From: an uncultured delta proteobacterium
GTDB taxonomy: Bacteria > Desulfobacterota > WTBG01 > CAIYCZ01 > CAIRTM01
Direction: 5' to 3'
DNA length: 64,000 nt
NCBI GenBank assembly: GCA_903911225.1
Contig: CAIWCT010000110.1
Span: 1,016 to 65,015 of the forward strand
The position numbers were made by a program, and so were the translations under genes. This document shows positions 60,255-64,000 of the stretch, in pieces. Positions within the stretch are counted from its first letter, which is position 1; each line of letters begins with the position of its first letter. Below the pieces are notes generated by a model. The model was not told the DNA's origin. It ran no database searches and worked only from the letters and a program-made list of their open reading frames with translations.

Positions 60255-61925
60255 ATGAAAAGGATTTTGAAACTGGTTTGTGCTGTGGCAGTGGTAGCGC
60301 TGCTGGCAGCAGGCTGCAATGGCAAGTCGTTATTTGTTACGTCGGACTGGCTGGCAAAAAATATGACGGATACAAAAATCGTCATCGTTGATGCCAACAA
60401 CAAAGCAGCCTATGCCGCTGGTCATATCCCCGGTGCAATCAACATCTGGTATGAAGATTATAACGACACCTCTCTGCAATTGAATCTTTTACCCCCTGCA
60501 ACCCTTGCTGAAAAACTTGGTGCTAAGGGCATTGATGGCAGCGAAACATTCGTAATTTATGGCGAAGCACCGTTTTATATCGGCCGCATTAGCTGGATGC
60601 TTGATTATTTGGGCTGCAAAAACATCTATATTCTTGACGGTGGACTCACTAAATGGAAAAGCGAAAGCAGGGAAACAAACACAGATAATGCAACCGTTGA
60701 ACCCAAAACTTTTGTCACCGATGTTGATGATGATGTCTATGCCACAACCGAGGAAGTGGTTGCAGGCCTTGATGATCCAAAAACCGTTATTATCGATGTT
60801 CGAACCGATGAGGAGTACAATGGCTGGCAGCTAAGCAAGGAACCCCGCCCAGGCCATATTACCGGCGCAATCCATCTGCCTATCACCAGCTGGTTTAATG
60901 CCGACAAGACCATCAAATCCGTCAAAGAACTGACCGATATGTTCAGTGCTGCCGGAGTAAAAAGAGGCAAAAATCTTATTTTTTACTGCACCATCGGTGG
61001 TCGCAGCGGCCTGGGGCCCGAACTTGCGCTGAAATATCTCCACTATACCAGATCTGCTTCAAACTATGACGGTTCGATCCGCGAATGGGGTCTGGATGCA
61101 ACCAGACCAATGGAAGCAGGTTTTGTAAATTTCAAACTGCTTTATCCGGCTAAATATGTGAATTCAAATCTCTCCAAGTTGAAGATTATAGATTGCCGCT
61201 CTGAAGACGATTATAAGGCAGGCCATATACCAGGAGCTATTCACCTCATGTGGCAGGCTCTCGACGACAATACAACCGGCGACCTTCGACCTAACACAGA
61301 AATTGCTTCTATTCTTGGTGATCACGGCATCACCGCTGAGGATAATGAAACCGTGTTGATCTATACCACTGTTGAAGGCTCATGGGGAGCAGACGGTCGT
61401 TTGTTTTGGGCCCTTGAATACATGGGACATAAAGATGTCCATATCCTGAACGGCGGCTGGAAAGCCTGGGTCGACAGCGGCTATGCTACTGAAACAACGG
61501 TTAACACTCCTGCACCTGAGACCTATACAGGTATGGTAACCGCCTCAGTGCTTGCCACAACTGATTATATTGAAGGAAATCTCAAGGCTTCCGGAGTCAA
61601 AATTATCGACACACGAGCAGATGATGAATGGAGCGGTCAGGCTCTCTACGGCGCAGCCCGCGGTGGAAGAATACCCGGAGCTGTTCATTACAACTACGAC
61701 ACTTATTTTGACAGCGACTGGACTCTCAAAGATCACAACCAGTTGCAGGCAGCCTATACAGCTCTAGGTGTAACTGAAGAAAAGACAGCAATTTTTTATT
61801 GTGCTGTGGGCATCCGATCAGGCTTCGGATACTTCACCCTCAGGCTTCTGGGATATCCATCGATCAAAAATTATGATGGCTCATGGAATGCATGGGCAGC
61901 TGATTCGTCACTGCCGATTGAGTAA
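60255..61925 (+). CDS. Periplasmic lipoprotein with four rhodanese domains (two with catalytic Cys); thiosulfate/polysulfide sulfurtransferase
   Basis: Lipobox LLAAGC. Active-site loops are CTIGGRSG (domain 2) and CAVGIRSG (domain 4); domains 1 and 3 lack Cys. Start at ATG 60255 after AAGGAGG. Confidence 0.8.
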   Translation: MKRILKLVCAVAVVALLAAGCNGKSLFVTSDWLAKNMTDTKIVIVDANNKAAYAAGHIPGAINIWYEDYNDTSLQLNLLPPATLAEKLGAKGIDGSETFVIYGEAPFYIGRISWMLDYLGCKNIYILDGGLTKWKSESRETNTDNATVEPKTFVTDVDDDVYATTEEVVAGLDDPKTVIIDVRTDEEYNGWQLSKEPRPGHITGAIHLPITSWFNADKTIKSVKELTDMFSAAGVKRGKNLIFYCTIGGRSGLGPELALKYLHYTRSASNYDGSIREWGLDATRPMEAGFVNFKLLYPAKYVNSNLSKLKIIDCRSEDDYKAGHIPGAIHLMWQALDDNTTGDLRPNTEIASILGDHGITAEDNETVLIYTTVEGSWGADGRLFWALEYMGHKDVHILNGGWKAWVDSGYATETTVNTPAPETYTGMVTASVLATTDYIEGNLKASGVKIIDTRADDEWSGQALYGAARGGRIPGAVHYNYDTYFDSDWTLKDHNQLQAAYTALGVTEEKTAIFYCAVGIRSGFGYFTLRLLGYPSIKNYDGSWNAWAADSSLPIE

Positions 61926-61954
61926 AGAGATTCGCATTGTAATCTAAGTTAACA

Positions 61955-61984
61955 AAAGAGGGGTCACCTGACCCCTCTTTTGTA
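61955..61984 (+). terminator. Intrinsic terminator after the rhodanese gene
   Basis: aaagaggggtca-cc-tgacccctcttt followed by tgtatt, a GC-rich perfect palindrome with a short U-tract. Confidence 0.6.
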
Positions 61985-62366
61985 TTAGAACATTCTGAAA
62001 GCAGAAGTTTGTAGCGGGCATGAAACATCGTCAAGTTCACATCGCACCTTTTTCATAGTACGCTAGACATTTTTGATCAAACAGCCGACGCGGGTGTACA
62101 CTGGTTTGACAGCTAATACTGCAAGTGTGATTCTCAGAAACAAGACCTAAATACCGTTATCAATAGAGGCTCTCTCCTGCACTTTAAAAAATCGCGCACA
62201 ATGTTACGGAGCTAAAGTATGCTCCTCGATCAATAGAACCAGCCTATGATAAATCAGTATGAAAAAATCCAATAGAAACCATGACGAGTATTTAATTTAT
62301 CAATTTGTCCTTACAGGTACAGCCTGTTATTAATTCAATTTTCTATTAAAAGTTCTATTTCGTTTT

Positions 62367-63524
62367 ATGACAAAATCAAACATAGTAGCCATAATTCTTG
62401 CTGCAGGTTATTCGTCCCGCTTTCAAGGCGCCTTTAAGCCTTTGGCAACTATAAGCTCCAAGCCTGTACTGGAGCATGCCGTAAATCTTTTTCAGACAGC
62501 AGACATCAAGGATATTGTTGTAGTTGTAGGCCACCGCTGGGCTGCTATGGGCCATAAACTCAGCCGTCTACCCGTTAAAGTTGTGATAAATGAAAACTAC
62601 GCACAAGGCATGTTTTCATCGATAAAAACTGGGGTTGAAAATCTGCCTGGTCATGCAGAGGCTTTTTTTTTACTGCCGGTAGATATTTGTTTGGTAAGGC
62701 CCAGTACCATTCTTGCACTTATACGGGCACAACGGCAAAATAAGGCTGAAATACTACATCCAGTGTTTATGGAAAAACGCGGACATCCACCCCTTGTCGG
62801 GCGGCGGATTGCCAGGGCAATTGGGGTATGGGGCGGCGATGGAGGGCTAAGCAGCTTGCTGGAGCAGTATGAAGACTATTCAGCCGATGTACCCGTTGCC
62901 GACGAGTTCATCCATCTTGATCTGGATACACGAAGTGACCTGCTCCGGTTGCGCAAGCGCTACCAGCGCTATGACATCCCTACCGAACAGGAATGCATTG
63001 CTTTGCAGAGGCTATGGAATGTTCCGGGTTTGGTCATAGCTCATTGCCGGACGGTAGCCAGGGTTGCCGACATACTGGCCGAAGCATTAAACAATGCCGG
63101 ATGTCGTCTGGATACTGACTTACTGCATGCGGTAGCGTTGCTGCATGATTGCGCAAAAGGTTTACCTGATCATGCTAAAACAGGTGCATGGTTGCTGGCA
63201 GATGCGGGTTTAAAAAAAACGGCTGATATTGTAGAGCGGCATATGGATGTTGTCTTTGAGGACTCCGAAATGCTTAATGAAAGCCATATACTGTATCTTG
63301 CAGATAAACTGGTGGAAAACACGACACTAGTGACACTTGATGAACGGCTGCACATCATGTTGACTCGTTTTAGAGGCTCGGCGCGCCAGGTAGCCATCTA
63401 CAGGCTGGCTAAGGCTCAGAATATAGGCAAGCGTGTCGAGACGCTTATCGGCGTTTCTCTAACCTCTGTGCTTTCAACAGGCAACTGGAAGCTGTCCGGT
63501 AAACAGCAATCTCTGATACCGTGA
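62367..63524 (+). CDS. MobA/MocA-like nucleotidyltransferase fused to a C-terminal HD phosphohydrolase domain
   Basis: The N-terminal motif is AIILAAGYSSRF...LLPVD (the molybdenum-cofactor NTP-transferase fold). The C-terminal HD motif is HAVALLHDCAKG...D. Confidence 0.7.
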   Translation: MTKSNIVAIILAAGYSSRFQGAFKPLATISSKPVLEHAVNLFQTADIKDIVVVVGHRWAAMGHKLSRLPVKVVINENYAQGMFSSIKTGVENLPGHAEAFFLLPVDICLVRPSTILALIRAQRQNKAEILHPVFMEKRGHPPLVGRRIARAIGVWGGDGGLSSLLEQYEDYSADVPVADEFIHLDLDTRSDLLRLRKRYQRYDIPTEQECIALQRLWNVPGLVIAHCRTVARVADILAEALNNAGCRLDTDLLHAVALLHDCAKGLPDHAKTGAWLLADAGLKKTADIVERHMDVVFEDSEMLNESHILYLADKLVENTTLVTLDERLHIMLTRFRGSARQVAIYRLAKAQNIGKRVETLIGVSLTSVLSTGNWKLSGKQQSLIP

Positions 63525-64000
63525 ATATCAGTGATAAATTCCGTTCCGATGGACCAAAAAGGATTTTATTTATTAGCATTGGCCAAAACAAAACCCCTTT
63601 TCCCCTCTAGGCCTAGCCATAGAGTTCAGCATAAAAATGTCGGGTTTTTATTCTTCAACCCGATCTTCTTGTTCACTTGAGGAAAAGGTCTTGATTCCTC
63701 AGTTGCTCCGTTTCTCTGTGTTATTCGAACTGCCATTTTGAGGATAATAGTCGCTATGTTATTGATATCGGAAAAACCAATTAAAGATATCGAATATATC
63801 ACATATATCAATTCGACTTATGCGTACATTAATATAAGAATACTACTTCGAAAACGTGATTGAATGTTATGAATGAATGAGGAGTTGCGTATTAGTACGG
63901 AAGAATGGGTGACCTCATTTGATAACGACGAGTAATTCACAAGTTGATTACCGATAAGATTCCACTATGCCAGATTGTAAAGTTATTGGGAAGGAAGCCG

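Overview
The window is a contiguous chromosomal segment whose gene content fits an anaerobic, selenium-using deltaproteobacterium of the sulfate-reducer type. Calls rest on motifs read from the translated ORF track and the raw sequence; no database search was possible.

On the minus strand, roughly 0-7.6 kb holds a PAS/GAF sensor kinase, pdxA, and a his operon (hisB-H-A-F-I-E). From 7.7 to 12.3 kb there is a partner-switching module (STAS protein plus a REC-REC-PP2C-anti-sigma-kinase fusion), a MoaD-like protein and a sigma54 activator. From 12.3 to 27.4 kb lies a large chemotaxis operon (cheA, three MCPs, cheW, cheR, cheB, cheD, CheX-like, two CheY-like REC proteins, an HDOD protein). It also carries two tandem small proteins built entirely of repeated MshEN-type c-di-GMP-binding motifs.

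From 28 to 31 kb are glnS and a nucleotide-sugar dehydrogenase. On the plus strand, 31.3-36 kb encodes a Tat-exported formate dehydrogenase fdhABC. The alpha subunit contains an in-frame TGA (selenocysteine) that the ORF track splits into two ORFs, and it is preceded by a promoter plus a terminated leader RNA. From 36.5 to 46.4 kb is a periplasmic [NiFe] hydrogenase (small, large, cytochrome b) with its maturation protease and hypA, hypC, hypD, hypB, hypF, with an outer-membrane barrel gene inserted between hypC and hypD. A large hybrid sensor kinase and an epimerase separate hypF from hypE.

The most unusual locus is 51.9-55.3 kb. It is a translationally coupled five-gene operon: yedE-like transporter, TusA-like protein, a protein with an N-terminal DUF3343-like (assigned from recalled family pattern only; the C-terminal half is unassigned), a YjeF_C/ribokinase-fold protein, and yedF-like. 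This looks like a selenium/sulfur trafficking system of undescribed composition. It is followed by an HgdC/HgdB-like pair, a NapH-like polyferredoxin with an outer-membrane protein, a four-rhodanese lipoprotein and a MocA-like NTP-transferase fused to an HD domain.

No rRNA, tRNA, CRISPR array or mobile element was recognised.
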